A DNA stretch of 63,033 nt, filler included, from Jimgerdemannia flammicorona (Eukaryota), in assembly GCA_003990765.1 (NCBI GenBank). It is 2 parts of 2 records of this genome, joined end to end, with 100 filler letters (N's around TTAATTAATTAA, not from the genome) between each part and the next. Parts side by side here need not be neighbours in the genome. Positions count along the whole stretch, not along the records: positions 1 to 31,477 come from RBNJ01000394.1; 1 more part is not named here. One strand, 5' to 3'. A program made the translations under genes and the position numbers. The number at the start of each line of letters is the position of its first letter. The stretch's first letter is position 1. Shown in pieces: positions 1 to 12,359 of the stretch. The notes beneath the pieces are model-generated. The model worked only from the letters and a program-made list of their open reading frames with translations. It was not told the origin of the DNA and did not search any database.

Positions 1-30
<30 letters not shown>

Positions 31-32
<2 letters not shown>

Positions 33-163
33 ATTATTACACTATATAGAGATCATCACACTATACAAGAGATCATCATATAGAAATCACATATTTTTGG
101 AGATTGTTACCTAAGAAGAAAACTGCTAAATTGCCAAATCATCTCATATAAGAAATCTCATTA
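31..163 (+). mobile_element. Left part of an older LTR (family D) interrupted by element B; continues at ~13253-13455
   Basis: 31-163 and 13253-13455 both resemble the family D LTR region at ~33460-33793 (motifs atatagaaatcacata, aaattatcactatac, taactagaggctcaag). Confidence 0.6.
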
Positions 164-634
164 TATTATGGCTGATCTGAATTAGTAACATGAAACAGAG
201 GAATTAGACATTTGATCACAGTATCTGAATCTGATTCCCAATATAGCTTAGCTTCATAAATAGCAGCCATATTCCACAAAGTGCAGAAACTTTAATGTTT
301 GCAAAGATTTAGGAGATGTTAGAATCTTCACGATCAGTAAAATCTTAGCAGATGTTAAAAGATTCAACACTTGTGAAATGAGCCATTACTTAGTCATCTT
401 ATAGTTAGCAAAACTTATATAAATAACCCAGTATCTTAGAGTGAATAAACCTCAGATCAAAATAGTTCAAAAGTAAGAAGATAGTAAAGGAACTAGTAAG
501 CTTGCAAGCAGATATACTTTGAACTTACCCACCCTCTCCTGCAACTCAAGAGACTCTATAAGAGTTAGAATAGTCAAGTTTTCAGGATATAGAAATCCAA
601 CATACTTTCAAGAGTAAGCATCCACTGTATTACA
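164..634 (+). repeat. 5' LTR of element B
   Basis: Direct repeat of 12782-13252, same length, ends ...TATTACA. Confidence 0.92.
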
Positions 635-804
635 ACTTAATGCCCATTGGCTGGTGATTCAAGATGAATACCTCACTTTCAAGCTAAACAACAAACAACT
701 GCCCCTACCCGAACAACCATACAAACTGAGCCCCAATACTCAGATAAGATGGATATGAGACCACCAGTATTCTATGGATATACCTCAGATAAATTAATCA
801 TCAC

Positions 805-2296
805 TGTAAGAGGGTTACTTTTTAGGGTGACCGTTATGTAGTTCTGGAAGGGTTTTCTAGATATTCTGGATGTTCTGGAAGACCGTTTTCTTATGGTCAA
901 GATCAATTTCATATGGAGTACATCCTCTATGCTTATTGATTTCAAGATTGGATTGATGTCTCAACCAAAGTCCTTTTTCGGACTAGTTCTAGATGTTCAG
1001 GATTTTCCGTATTTTAGGAAGTTCAAGAAACTAAGACCAGCTTAGTTGAATTGGTGTATCGCTGCAGACAATACCCAATTAGGAAATTTCATGACAGAGT
1101 TAGGAGTAGGACCTAACAGGGAGCAGATTTACTTAAGAGTGGTTTGTGGGTTATGGAATAGGTTTATTTGCTATTCATGATATTGCTATACTAGGAGTAT
1201 TTGTGTGAGGGAATATTGTGGGGAAGTGCTCAGGAGTTGTGTTCGGATTGTTCAAGTCTGAGATTCTGAGGTCTGGGGGAGGGGGTATTTATACTAGTGA
1301 GGGGCTATCTGGACTAGGCTAGATATGGATATAGCACTAAGTGCTTTGTTGAGTTGGAATGCAGTTATGTAGTATAAGTGTGATCTGACATGTCAAGAGA
1401 TCGTCTGACTGCTGAGTCAGTTCACAGTCATGTCGTACAATGCTAATCTAACTATACTATGACTGCTAAGCTATTTATAGATTTAGGCACTGTCTGGTTA
1501 GTCTTTGATGACATCACTATTGATGACATCATCACTGGCAAAGTCTGAGCAGTTTTCTGACTTCTAACATCATCAGTTTTCAAGATGTCGTCACTTCTAT
1601 CTCTTGTAAGATTAAGACTGTCCTTGGTGGTGGTGGTTGTACAAGGGTAACAGGTCTTGGTTCTCTTTTTTTTTGGTCTGCTAGTGCATTTGCGAGGACT
1701 GGCCATTCTCGTCTAGGGCAAGGGCTCTCAATGTCGTGGCTGGGGGTTCGAACCTCTTGGAAATGATATTTTCTGTAATCCGAGGCAATTTCTAGTAGTA
1801 ATATCTGTCACATGGATGGCTTGAGATTGGTTTCGACATTGTCGGCTTTCTTGAGTTCAGATGTAGTGTCCGTCACTCTCTAACGGAGGTGACACAGATA
1901 AAGCGAACAGAGTTGTTCAAATGTGTTTTGCTTCTGCTAAGTAATGAGGTCTTGTATAGTCATGGTATATCTTGGTCTTGAGTTGATAAGTGCAGTTCGT
2001 GAATCTTTTGATGGGTGAGATAGGGTTCTTCTTGTCTTGATTTGAGTTTGGTACTTTTGGTTTCTTTTATAATAGTACAGTACACCAAACTAGCTATAGC
2101 AGTTCAGAGTCAGTCTTATGGTTGTAGTACTTCTTCTAGTATTCTTGTATCTTGGCGGTGGGTTCTCATGCTTGCTGGCATATTTGTGTAACCAGATGAT
2201 CTCTTCAGTAACTTGTTTTGTAGTCTCACATGTAGTTTCCAAATTAGTCCTGAGGATACCATGCAATTTTGGTGGCTTGGAGGTTGTGTACTTACA
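805..2296 (-). repeat. 3' LTR of element A
   Basis: Direct repeat of 5688-7179; adjacent PPT at 2298-2310. Confidence 0.95.
1701..1767 (+). ncRNA. tRNA-like (possibly Asp-GTC-derived) Pol III cassette inside LTR A, copy 1
   Basis: A-box-like TCGTCTAGGG, B box GGTTCGAACC (1745-1754) in a T-arm-like stem, ATGTCG loop, TTTT at 1769-1772. Too short or imperfect for a canonical cloverleaf. Confidence 0.5.
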
Positions 2297-2309
2297 ACTC
2301 TCCCCTTCT

Positions 2310-2455
2310 TAGCTTTCGACGTCCTCGTCGGGGCCTTCTAATTTGTTCTGGTATTGTTGTACCATTTGGATGGTTCTTGTGACTATATTTGTTGAGGATT
2401 TGTTCAACCTTGTATTCTTCTTGGTCATTAATAATGACAGGTGCAGATGGTTCTG
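2310..2455 (-). pseudogene. Chromodomain N-terminal remnant of element A
   Basis: Translates APVIINDQEEYKVEQILNK, resembling the start of chromovirus integrase chromodomains; directly before the PPT. Confidence 0.65.
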
Positions 2456-2459
2456 TGGT

Positions 2460-3045
2460 TCAGTTTGGAAATGTGTCTCGGACCTTCTGGAGTAGTGGTC
2501 TGACACGGCTGTCAACTTTGGAAAAATCTTCTTCAGAGTTCTCAGGTTCTCCTTTGGATGGTCGGATGGAGATGGCAAAGAGAGGGCATTTCTTGGCCAA
2601 TTTCTTGAGTTGTAGCTTGTTGATGTGGGTGATCTTTGGTCCAGGGTCACTAGAGTTGAGTGAGTCCTTTTCGCCTTGTAGTTTGAAGTTGTGGCATTCT
2701 TTCTTGATGGTCAGGGAATGGTTTACCCAATCGATCATGGGGTTCTCTTGTTTCAACCATGGAGTCCCAAGGATGATTTCATTATCAGAAAGTGGTACGA
2801 TTTGGAGGGTAACATGTACTCAGTAGTCACCAATTCGGAAGGGTAAATTGCAGACTTCTTTGCTAATAACATGTGAGGTTCCATCAGCTGTAGCAACTGC
2901 TTGAGTTTGCTGTACTGGGGAGGTGAAGACCTTGAGTCTATTGGCTGTCTCTTCATTAATGAAGTTGCCTGAGGCACCACTGTCTATCATAATCTTAACA
3001 GGTGCTCCATTGACAAAAGCTTTAAGGGTGAGCAGTTTGTCTGAT
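2460..3045 (-). pseudogene. Aspartic protease and pre-RT linker of element A
   Basis: IMIDSGASGNF, ILGTPW...IDW, ending LLQKVRDTFPN; TGA stop at ~2820. Confidence 0.9.
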
Positions 3046-3254
3046 CCAATGCTGGTGATTTCAGTTGTAGGAGCTTTCCTTCTATTGGTTCTTCTTTGAG
3101 CCAGTTCGTTGACACAAGAGAAGCAATCATCAATCATTCGGGAAGAATACATTCCAATACCATGAGGGCATCGGCCACTTGGTACATATCTATCTTCGAT
3201 CTTCTTGTAGAATTGTTCTTCTTTGCTCATGATAGGTTGGGCTGGGGCTTTGTT

Positions 3255-3655
3255 TGATGAGCCAAATCCTTGGGATCCTTGGATGGTGGGTAGTAGTTCA
3301 GGGACTTCCTTGACTGTTAGGGTTAACTTGATTTTTTCGAATAGGATCTGGGCGATGCAAAAGCCAATAGGGATCTTGAAGGGTGTCCAACTGTGGTTTC
3401 GGATGAGGACAATGATTTCGCCTGTGTAATCTTCGTCAATGACTCCTCCTTCTACTGAGAGTCCTTTCAGTGCTAGGCTGCTGCGACAGCATATTCTTCC
3501 AACATGTCCTTCATGGATTTGGATACTGATTCCTGTATAGACTTGTTTGACTTCTCGGTTGGAAACTGTAGCTTCTTCGGCTGCATACAGGTCATATCCG
3601 GCTGCTTTTTGGCTTCCTTTGGTTAGGGCCTTAGCAGTTTGTCTTAACTTGACAA
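3255..3655 (-). CDS. dut: Trimeric dUTPase domain of element A (within ORF 2820-3755)
   Basis: Motifs AGYDL, RSSL, GVIDEDYTGEI, RIAQ-like CIAQ, GSQGFGS. Confidence 0.93.
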
Positions 3656-3739
3656 AGTCTAGTGTTCTGGTGGTCAGGTTGTTGAGGTGGTACAGAGTTG
3701 TAACAGTTGCTCGTGTTGCTGTTCGGGGTTTTTGGTTGG

Positions 3740-5650
3740 GGCAGGCACTAGCCATGTGTCCTGTCTTTCGGCAATAGAAGCATACTCCGCTTCTTCGAAG
3801 TTCATTCCATTCACCCTCAGTAAGTTTCTTGAAGGTACTGGACTGGGTAGGTTCATGATTTCTGGGTGTCCAAGAGGTGGATGTGGAGGGAGCTCAGGAT
3901 GCTTCATGCTTGGGTTCTTCTTTCTTGGTCCAAGTCTTTTCCTTGTTGTTGAATTGTCTTCAGGGCAGAATTGGTCCAGCTGTTAGGATTCGCTTGACCA
4001 TGGTCTTGATTCTTACTAGGCACCATTGTTGGTGATCGCAACCAACTGGGCGGCCTTGTTCTCAGATTTTTCTAGTAAGCCATTCAGGTAGTGCATCGAA
4101 TAAATGGTCTGCTCTTGTACCATTTCATGCTTCACCATTGGTGATATATCCTAGGCCAACAGTGTTTAGGAGTGACTCGAGTTTTGTACAGAAAGTTTCG
4201 AATTCTTCCTTGCCATGTACATCGAATTTGAGGTTGCGGAGTTTTACTCGAGATTCAGCAATCATGGTTTCACTGTGGTATTGAGCAATTATGAGTTGTT
4301 TGAGTCCAGGGGCTGCAGGATGAGCTCCATATCCTGGGCATTGTTTGCTGCATTCTGGGCAACTACTGCAGGTCGGGTATCCCATGTGAGGGGTTTTTCA
4401 GGAAGGGTTTGCCACCATTCTTCGGCAGGTCCTCGGAAGAATGTAACAACTCGGCGGACATAAGCTGTAGTTGTAGCAAAGAGTTATTCTAGGGTGTGGT
4501 CTTGATTGTTTGTCAGAACGCGATCAGCAACTCGCTCATTAGTCCATTGATTGGCTTCGAAGTTGGTGTCAACTACACTAATGAAGCTTTGGACTTCTTG
4601 TGCAGTACTATTGAAGGTAGGTAGGCTCAGATTTTTGGTAGGTCGGGTCTGTTCAGCTAAGGCAGTAATGGTTGCTGCCATTATAGCCACTTGGGCTGTG
4701 AGGTCTAGAATCTGTTGGTTCACCATATTGTTTACTGGAGGCGGCTGGACTGCCGGTAGTGGTGTTACTGGTACTACTTGAGGTATAGGTGCAGAGTGTG
4801 ATGGGGTTCTTTGGGTCTGTGTAAGCTACTGGAGTAGTAGTTGTGGGTCTGGAGTGAGGGCTTGATAGATAGCTGTTTGTTGCTGTATAGGTGTATTCTG
4901 TCCTGATGGATGTGTGTCTCCTTCAGTGGTATATCCGGGATCGAATTCGGTGAGATACTCCTCCTCTTCTTCAGTTTGGTCCCCATGTAATTGGGTTTGC
5001 TCGGCATCAAAATAGACAGAATCAGTTGTATATCTGATTTCAGACGGACTTAATTCAAAGTCAAGTTCAGGTTCGGTATTGATTTCAGATTCAGATAGGG
5101 CTGTAGCAGGACCTGCTTCAGGTTCGGGGTCAGGTAGTTGATGAAGGGTTTCTCTTGCTTCTTCTTTGAGAATATGGCGGGCCTTGCTGTTCTGAAATCA
5201 GTAGTATAATGTGGTCTTGGTCCTGGTGCAGTGAAAGTCGGTAGAGTTGAGCCACTTGGCTACAGAGGCTTAGGCTTCGTGAGGAACTAAGGCTAGAAAG
5301 ACTGTTGCTGGTTGTCCTAGGTCACTTGGATTTGTAGAGCTGACAAAACTCTTGTTGAGAAGAGTAAAGAAGACTTCAATAAGACCTTCTTCATCTTGAC
5401 TTGCTGGGTATAGTGCAAGAAGTTTAGTGAATAGGGTTTCGCCTATTTGCTGGTTTAACCGGAGTACTTCTTTCTTAGAATGAAGTTTATCCCACTTGTT
5501 GCAGGTGTGGAGGTCAAATTGTCCTTGTACATCAGGTTCAATTCTCTCCAGATTGTCAGATTGTTCAGATAAATTCCAGTTCAGAGGTTGGGCTTTATAC
5601 CAACTTGTAGGAATTCGCAGAGGGGTTTGTAGCGGGGTGAGGAAGCATCT
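3740..5650 (-). pseudogene. Gag of element A with long N-terminal extension and CCHC knuckle
   Basis: CFYCRKTGHMASAC at ~3740-3785; capsid-like FFRGPAEEWW; reading frame traceable with few stops from just after the PBS. Confidence 0.8.
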
Positions 5651-5673
5651 TGAAGCGGAATTGGATTGTAAAT

Positions 5674-5684
5674 CGCTGCTACCA
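5674..5684 (-). promoter_or_regulatory. Primer-binding site of element A, initiator-Met tRNA type
   Basis: TGGTAGCAGCG 3 nt inside the 5' LTR; matches the 3' end of eukaryotic tRNA-iMet (TGGTAGC). Confidence 0.8.
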
Positions 5685-5687
5685 AGT

Positions 5688-7179
5688 TGTAAGAGGGTTA
5701 CTTTTTAGGGTGACCATTACGTAGTTCTGGAAGGGTTTTCTGGATATTCTGGATGTTCTGGAAGACCATTTTCTTATGGTCAAGATCAATTTCATATGGA
5801 GTACATCCTCTATGCTTATTGATTTCAAGATTGAGTTGATGTCTCAACCAAAGTCCTTTTTCAGACTAGTTCTAGATGTTCAGGATTTTCCATATTTCAG
5901 GAAGTTCAAGAAACTAAGACCAGCTTAGTTGAATTGGCGTATCGCTGCAGACAATATCCAATTAGGAAATTTCGTGACAGAGTTAGGAGTAGGACCTAAC
6001 AGGGAGCAGATTTACTTAAGAGTGGTTTGTGGGTTATGGAATAGGTTTATTTGCTATTCATGATATTGCTATACTAGGAGTATTTGTATGAGGGAATATT
6101 GTGGGGAAGTGCTCAGGAGTTGTGTTCAGATTGTTCAAGTCTGAGATTCTGAGATCTGGGGGAGGGGGTATTTATACTAGTGAGGGGCTATCTGGACTAG
6201 GCTAGATATGGATGTAGCACTAAGTGCTTTGCTGAGTCAGAATGCAGTCACGTAGTACAAGTGTGATCTGATATGTCAAGAGATCATCTGACTGCTGAGT
6301 CAGTTCACAGTCACGTTGTACAATGCTAATCTAACTATACTATGACTGCTAAGCTATTTATAGGTTTAGGCACTGTCTGGTTAGTCTTTGATGACATCAC
6401 TATTGATGACATCATCACTGGCAAAGTCTGAGCAGTTTTCTGACTTCTGACATCATCAGTTTTCAAGATGTCGTCACTTCTATCTCTTGTAAGATTAAGA
6501 CTGTCCTTAGTGGCAGTGGTTGTACAAGGGTAATAGATCTTGGTTCTCTTTTTTTTTGGTCTGCTAGTGCATTTGCGAGGACTGGCCATTCTCGTTTAGG
6601 GCGAGGGCTCCCAATATCGCAGCTGGGGGTTCGAACCTCTCGGAAATGATATTTTCTATAATCTGAGGCAATTTCTAGTAGTAATATCTGTCACATGGAT
6701 GGCTTGAGATTGGTTTCGACGTTGTCGGCTTTCTTGAGTTCAGATGAAGTGTCCATCACTCTCCAATGGAGGTGACACAGATAAAGTGAACAGAGTTATT
6801 CAAATGCGTTTTGCTTCTGCTAAGTAATGAGGTCTTGTATAGTCACAGTATATCTTGGTCTTGAGTTGATAAGTGCAGTTCGTGAACCTTTTGATGGGTG
6901 AGATAGGGTTCTTCTTGTCTTGATTTGAGTTTGGTACTTTCGGTTTCTTTTATAATAGTATGGTACACCAAACTAGCTATAGCAGTTCAAAGTCAGTCTT
7001 ATAGTTGTAGTACTTCTTCTAGTATTCTTGTATCTTGGCGGTGGGTTCTCATGCTTGCTGGCATATTTGTATAACCAGATGATCTCTTCAGTAACTTGTT
7101 TTGTAGTCTTGCATGTAGTTTCCAAATTAGTCCTGAGGATACCATGCGATTTTGGTGGCTTGGAGGTTGTGTGCTTACA
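5688..7179 (-). repeat. 5' LTR of element A
   Basis: Direct repeat of 805-2296. Confidence 0.95.
6584..6650 (+). ncRNA. tRNA-like Pol III cassette inside LTR A, copy 2
   Basis: Same cassette as 1701-1767; GGTTCGAACC intact. Confidence 0.5.
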
Positions 7180-9183
7180 ATTACCTTCATTGATGATTTT
7201 GAGCAGTATACTGCTGTAAGAACCCTGACAGCAGTACAGCAAGTAGCCCTCATGCCCTTCAGCCTATGAGGTCCTGCCAGAGTAGCATTTACAGCCACAA
7301 TCTATGTAGGAAATGATGCTGATGCTATACTGACAGTATAGAAGACCTGGCTCCAAAATACATATTATACAGATGAGATTAAGCAAGTCCTGAAGGATCA
7401 GCTCAACACAACATACCAAGAAATGAGTGAGGATCCAAACACATTCTATACCAGAACTTGATATCAGATAATCCTTGCAGATTATGCTGCTGCTATCCAA
7501 GATCAAGTAGCCGAAGCAACCTTCATAAAAGGAGTTCACCCAGAAATAGCTATGGCCATCTGCTCATCACCAGTGATTCTGGATCTGCCACAGAAGGTCA
7601 CCTATGCTCAGTGATACTGGATAGCCAGACACCCACAAGACCATACAATAGAGAGAGTTACAGGAGTCAGAATCGAGGCACCTAAGTCAACCAGTGTGAT
7701 CCCCACCACAATGATCAATCAAAACACACCTCAGCCCAAAGCTACAAAGCAGTAAAAGAACAGTGACCCTCTGGAGGAACTTACCAAGAGGTTCGTGGAA
7801 ATGACTGCCCACTTGGGGGATATAGTAAAGGAGATCAGAGAAAGAGACCACTACTCTGTCCAGAAGTTTGCTGTCACCTCAGACAAGAAGAAAGACACCT
7901 GCTATACTTGTGGAGAAGAAGGCCACTACTCCTATGAATACATGAGCAAAACCAAGCACAAGGCTCAACCAAGCAATGCTATATGAAACAAGGAGCAGAC
8001 CAATACAATTACCTTTGAGAAAATTGGAGATTCTGATGAAAAAGAATAGGAGGCCTATCCTGCTCAGACTACCAAGAAGGATGTTCACAAGGAACTCTAC
8101 AAGAGATCACCAGGAAGACCCAAGAAGAACCCAGTAGAAAAGTAGATAGAAACAGTTACTGAAAGCCAAGCTAAAGAGATGGACCAAGATATAGAGCTGG
8201 AGCAAGCAGTTCAAGATATTATCTGAGGAACTACCCCAGCCAGCAAAGGAGAAAAAGAAAAGAAACTTTGCAAGACCAAGACTTTTAAGTACAATATCTT
8301 CAAGGACCTTAGCCAACAAAAGGTCAATGCAACCTTTGGTCAGCTTGCAGAAATCCCAACATTCAGACAACAAATGAGGTTCAGACTTGCTGAAACAACC
8401 AAGGAGCAAGGATGGAAGATAACCGAGGCCAATAACATTCAAGAGGACTCAGGAGAAGAAAGTGAAGACAATCGCAAAACCTCTACCTATGTAATATGTC
8501 AAATCGAAGATAGAGTTTTTAATGCTATCATCAATACTGGAGCAGGAGGATGTCTTCTCAGCAAGAAGGCAGCAGACCACCTAGGTTGGGAGGTTGAAGA
8601 AGTAACTAAGTTGGTATTTATCACAGCAGATGGCACAAGAGCTACCCCTCTGGAAAAGATCTGAGATGTCCCCATCAAGATTGGAGAAGCAACCATCTCA
8701 GTAGACATGATTGTAACCAATGCCACTAACTATGACATCCTCATCAGCAATCAATGGCTTCACAAAGCTAGGGCAGTAATCGATCTCAATGCCCAGAAGA
8801 TGCAAATCACCTACCAGGGACAGAGGATACGAATTCCCATCAATATCAACAAAGGAGTCTTGCCTGACATGGAAAAAGAAGAGAGCGAGCAGGAGGAAGC
8901 TTATATGGTAACTATTCCAAAGAGGAAAGTAGAATGGATAAGTAAGGAAGAATAGTGCAAAAAGATCGCAGAAGACTATGCACCACAAGGAGTCTGTTCT
9001 CACAGGATCAAGATGTACTGTATAGAGCATGTCAATGATTGCTATCAATGCACCATCAGAATCAGAAAGATTCACCAGGAAAGAAGACAGAAGGCTCTCA
9101 AAAAACAGATTAGAGAAGAAAAGGAGGAGGAAGATGATGAACCACTAGCCCTTCTGGAGGATAGTGATGATGAAGAAATCAAT

Positions 9184-9600
9184 GTCAAGATTCAAAGAAC
9201 CCACCCTGATGCAGTTCTGCCAGAATACAAGTCAGAAAATATAGCTGGAATAGACATTACTACAGTAGAAGAAGTCATACTGGAACCCCAGACAACCACC
9301 TTACTCGCAACTGGACTGGAAATGACCATTCCAAAAGACCATGTTGGGATCCTCAAGACAAGAAGCAGTCTGGCCAGAAGCAAAATTACAATTGAAGGAG
9401 GAGTCATCGATTCTGACTATACTAGAGAAATCCTGCTCATTGCTAGGAATCACAATCCTACAATTCCATTCTCAGTCAAGAAGAAGGACCAATTGGCACA
9501 GATGCTGATCTTTCCAATCCTATAACCAAGGATCATAGAAGTCAAGGATCTGGAGGAAACGAAAAGAGAAAAGAAAAGATTTGGATCCACAGGAAGAGGA
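9184..9600 (+). pseudogene. dut: dUTPase domain of element B, between protease and RT
   Basis: AGIDI, TRSSLA, GVIDSDYT, LAQM, RFGSTG; stop at 9523. Confidence 0.9.
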
Positions 9601-9839
9601 GTATTCATCAGCACCAAGATCACTGAACTGAAGCATAAGAAGGAGGAAAGCACAAACAAGTACAGCTATATCATTGGAAATGAATTCCCACTCAAGGAGG
9701 AACTCAAGAAAATACTCTATGAATTTGAGGATGTCCTTGCCATGGACTTCAAGGATATCAAAGAAAAGACTCCATACTACTATCACAAGGTAGATACTGG
9801 AGACACCAAACCAATTTACTAGAAGGTAAGACCTGTCCC

Positions 9840-12290
9840 ACCAGCCTACCAAGAATGGCTCAGAGAAGAAATCAAGCAGATGGAAGAAGCTGGTATTATC
9901 AAAGAAGCCAGTAGTCCCTGGTCTTCACCAGTTATACTAGTCCCAAAAAAAGAAAGCAAACCTGGAGAATTTGCCCCAAGACTCTGTGTCGACTACAGAA
10001 AGCTCAATGCAGTTACCAAGAAGGATCACCAACCACTGCCCCTCATCAGTAACATCCTTATAATACTGGGAGATGAAGCATAGTACTGTAGCACCTTGGA
10101 CTTATACTCAGGATTCCACCAAATCGGACTCACAGAGATGGCAAGTAAAAAGTCAGCCTTCATCACTCCAGACGGAACCTACATCTACCTATGAATGCCA
10201 TTCGGGATGTGCAATGCACCAGTAAGCTTTCAGCAAATGATGAACAAAATCTTTCACTATAATATGGGAAGATGGATGATAGTCTATGTTGATGATGTAA
10301 TCATCTACAGCAAGACACCTGAGGAACATCTGCAGCACATATAGCAGATAATAGAGAGACTAAGACAACATGGCCTTTACTCAAACCCAAGAAGTACAAG
10401 TTTGCAGAAATTGAGATCTCCTACCTTGGCCATGTTATCAATCAAGATGGAACATACACAGACCCTCTCAAGATACAAGCAGTAGCAGCATACCCAAGGC
10501 CCACCACTGTTACAGAAGCTCAAGCCTTTATGGGACTTGCCTCCTACTATCACAGATTTATTAGAGGATTCTCCAACATTGCAGGTCCAATCTATGAACT
10601 CAATAAGAAGGATACCAAGTTCCAGTGGACTGGCAGACAACAAAAAGCATTTAATAAACTCAAGATCAGACTAACTCAGGCACCTATCCTCAGATGATCC
10701 AATTGGACTCAAGAATTCATTCTGCAGACAGATGCAAGTGCACAGGGACTAGGAGCAGTCCTAGCTCAAAAGGAAGACAAAAAAGAGTATGTCATTACAT
10801 ACCTTAGCTGTGGAACCCGAGGAGCTGAAAAAGAATACAAATCCTACAAGTTGGAATGCCTTGCAGTCATCTAGACTGTGGAAAAGTTTCATTACTACCT
10901 GGCCAGAAGACACTTCACCATTCAGATGGACCACTCAGCTCTCACCTAGCTACTGACAACTGGACAACCTAAAGGAATCTATGCCAGATGGATAATGAAG
11001 TTACAAGCCTATGATGTAACCATCGTACACCACCCTAGAAGAACAAATTCCAATGCAGATGCTCTCTCACAGATATCTTGAAATACCTTCAACCAACAAA
11101 TCAATTATGAATAAGGAGCTCTACTACAGAATTATCACATATCTGGAACAGCAAAAGATACCCCAACATCTGGAAGAATGGATGCAAATGATTATCAACA
11201 GAACATGGAAACAATTCGAAACTGATGGACAAATACTGAAGAAAGGAAAACTACTAGTCATACCAGAACACAAGAAGGAGTAAGCAATGAAATCAGTACA
11301 TATCTAGGAGGAATGAATACATATGACAAGGTAAGAAGAATGATATGGTGGCCAGAAATGGAGGAAGATATCAGACAATTTGTCAAAACCTATGACAAAT
11401 ACTAGAAACAGAAGTAAGACCAACAAAACCAAGCCCCAAGATCAGCACACATAGAACCAGTACTATTTGCCCATATAGCAATAGATGTAATCAGCCCTCT
11501 ATCCTTGACCCTGACTGGTAACCAATATATCATTATTATCATAGACCTTTTTATGAAGTGGATAGAAGCAGGACTCCTCAAGGAAGCCAATGCACAGTCA
11601 ATTGCCAATTTCTTCTACAAAGAAATCATCTGCTGATTCAAGACCCCAATGCAAGTAACTACAGATAGAGGAACAGAATTCATGAACCAGCTCTTTGAGG
11701 TTCTCTACAAGAAGTACAAGATCTAGTATATTTAGACCACAGCCTATCACCTTAAGGAAATGGACAAGCAGAAAGGACCAACAAGACTCTCAAGAATGTT
11801 ATTGCCAAGATCTGTGATAACTATGAAAACTGGGATCACTATCTACCAATAGCATTATCTGCTCTCTAGGATATCAGATCACAAAGTACCCACTTTATCC
11901 CTTGAGAGATGCTGTTCGAAGAAGAAAGTTCTCGAGAAACCCTATTGTCCAATGGAGACACTATATGGAGACATATGGATGGAGAAATACGGAGACTATA
12001 CTAAATCAGAAAGAAGGCTGAGAATTACATAATGAAGGCACAGACACTACAATGGAAGAATGTGGAAAAAACCCACAAGCCCCTAGAGATTATCAAGATA
12101 GGAGACAAAGTTCTGGTATATCAGAACATAGTAGAAGCCTCATGGTCATGAAAACTGGAGCCCAAGTGGGAAGAACCTTACCTTGTGCAAGATATAAAAG
12201 GAACCACCTTTTGGCTATGAAATCTCTCAGGCACAATCATCCCCACTACCATCTACCAAAACTGACTCAAGAAGTATCATGACCAGTTAA
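9840..12290 (+). pseudogene. RT, RNase H and integrase of element B
   Basis: SPWSSPVILVPKK, LCVDYRKLN, MPFG, YVDD, LQTDAS, integrase core and GPY/F-like tail. Confidence 0.93.
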
Positions 12291-12359
12291 TGAAGTAATA
12301 CTGCTGCTCTCAGAATTACTAGCACAACCCAGCAAGCCATTGAAAGACAGTGATGTTCC

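Larger units (their letters stand above)
805..7179 (-). mobile_element. Non-autonomous chromovirus-like LTR retrotransposon 'A' (gag-dUTPase-protease, truncated chromodomain; no RT/RH/IN)
   Basis: 1492-bp LTRs with TGTAAG...CTTACA ends at 805-2296 and 5688-7179. TSD ATCAC (800-804) / ATTAC (7180-7184). PBS TGGTAGCAGCG and PPT AGAAGGGGAGAG on the minus strand. Removing A restores B gag (DKLIITFIDDFEQ; compare C EESILTFIEDFEQ). Confidence 0.95.

Noticed and set aside
159..167. TSD for element B
   Set aside because: The left flank (CATTA) does not match the right flank (ATATA) unless the LTR start is shifted; unresolved.
1452..1706. Duplicated 84-aa ORF (also 6335-6589)
   Set aside because: The duplication simply reflects the LTR pair; no recognisable domain.
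1701..1767. Functional tRNA gene
   Set aside because: Anticodon and acceptor stems are incomplete; kept only as tRNA-like.
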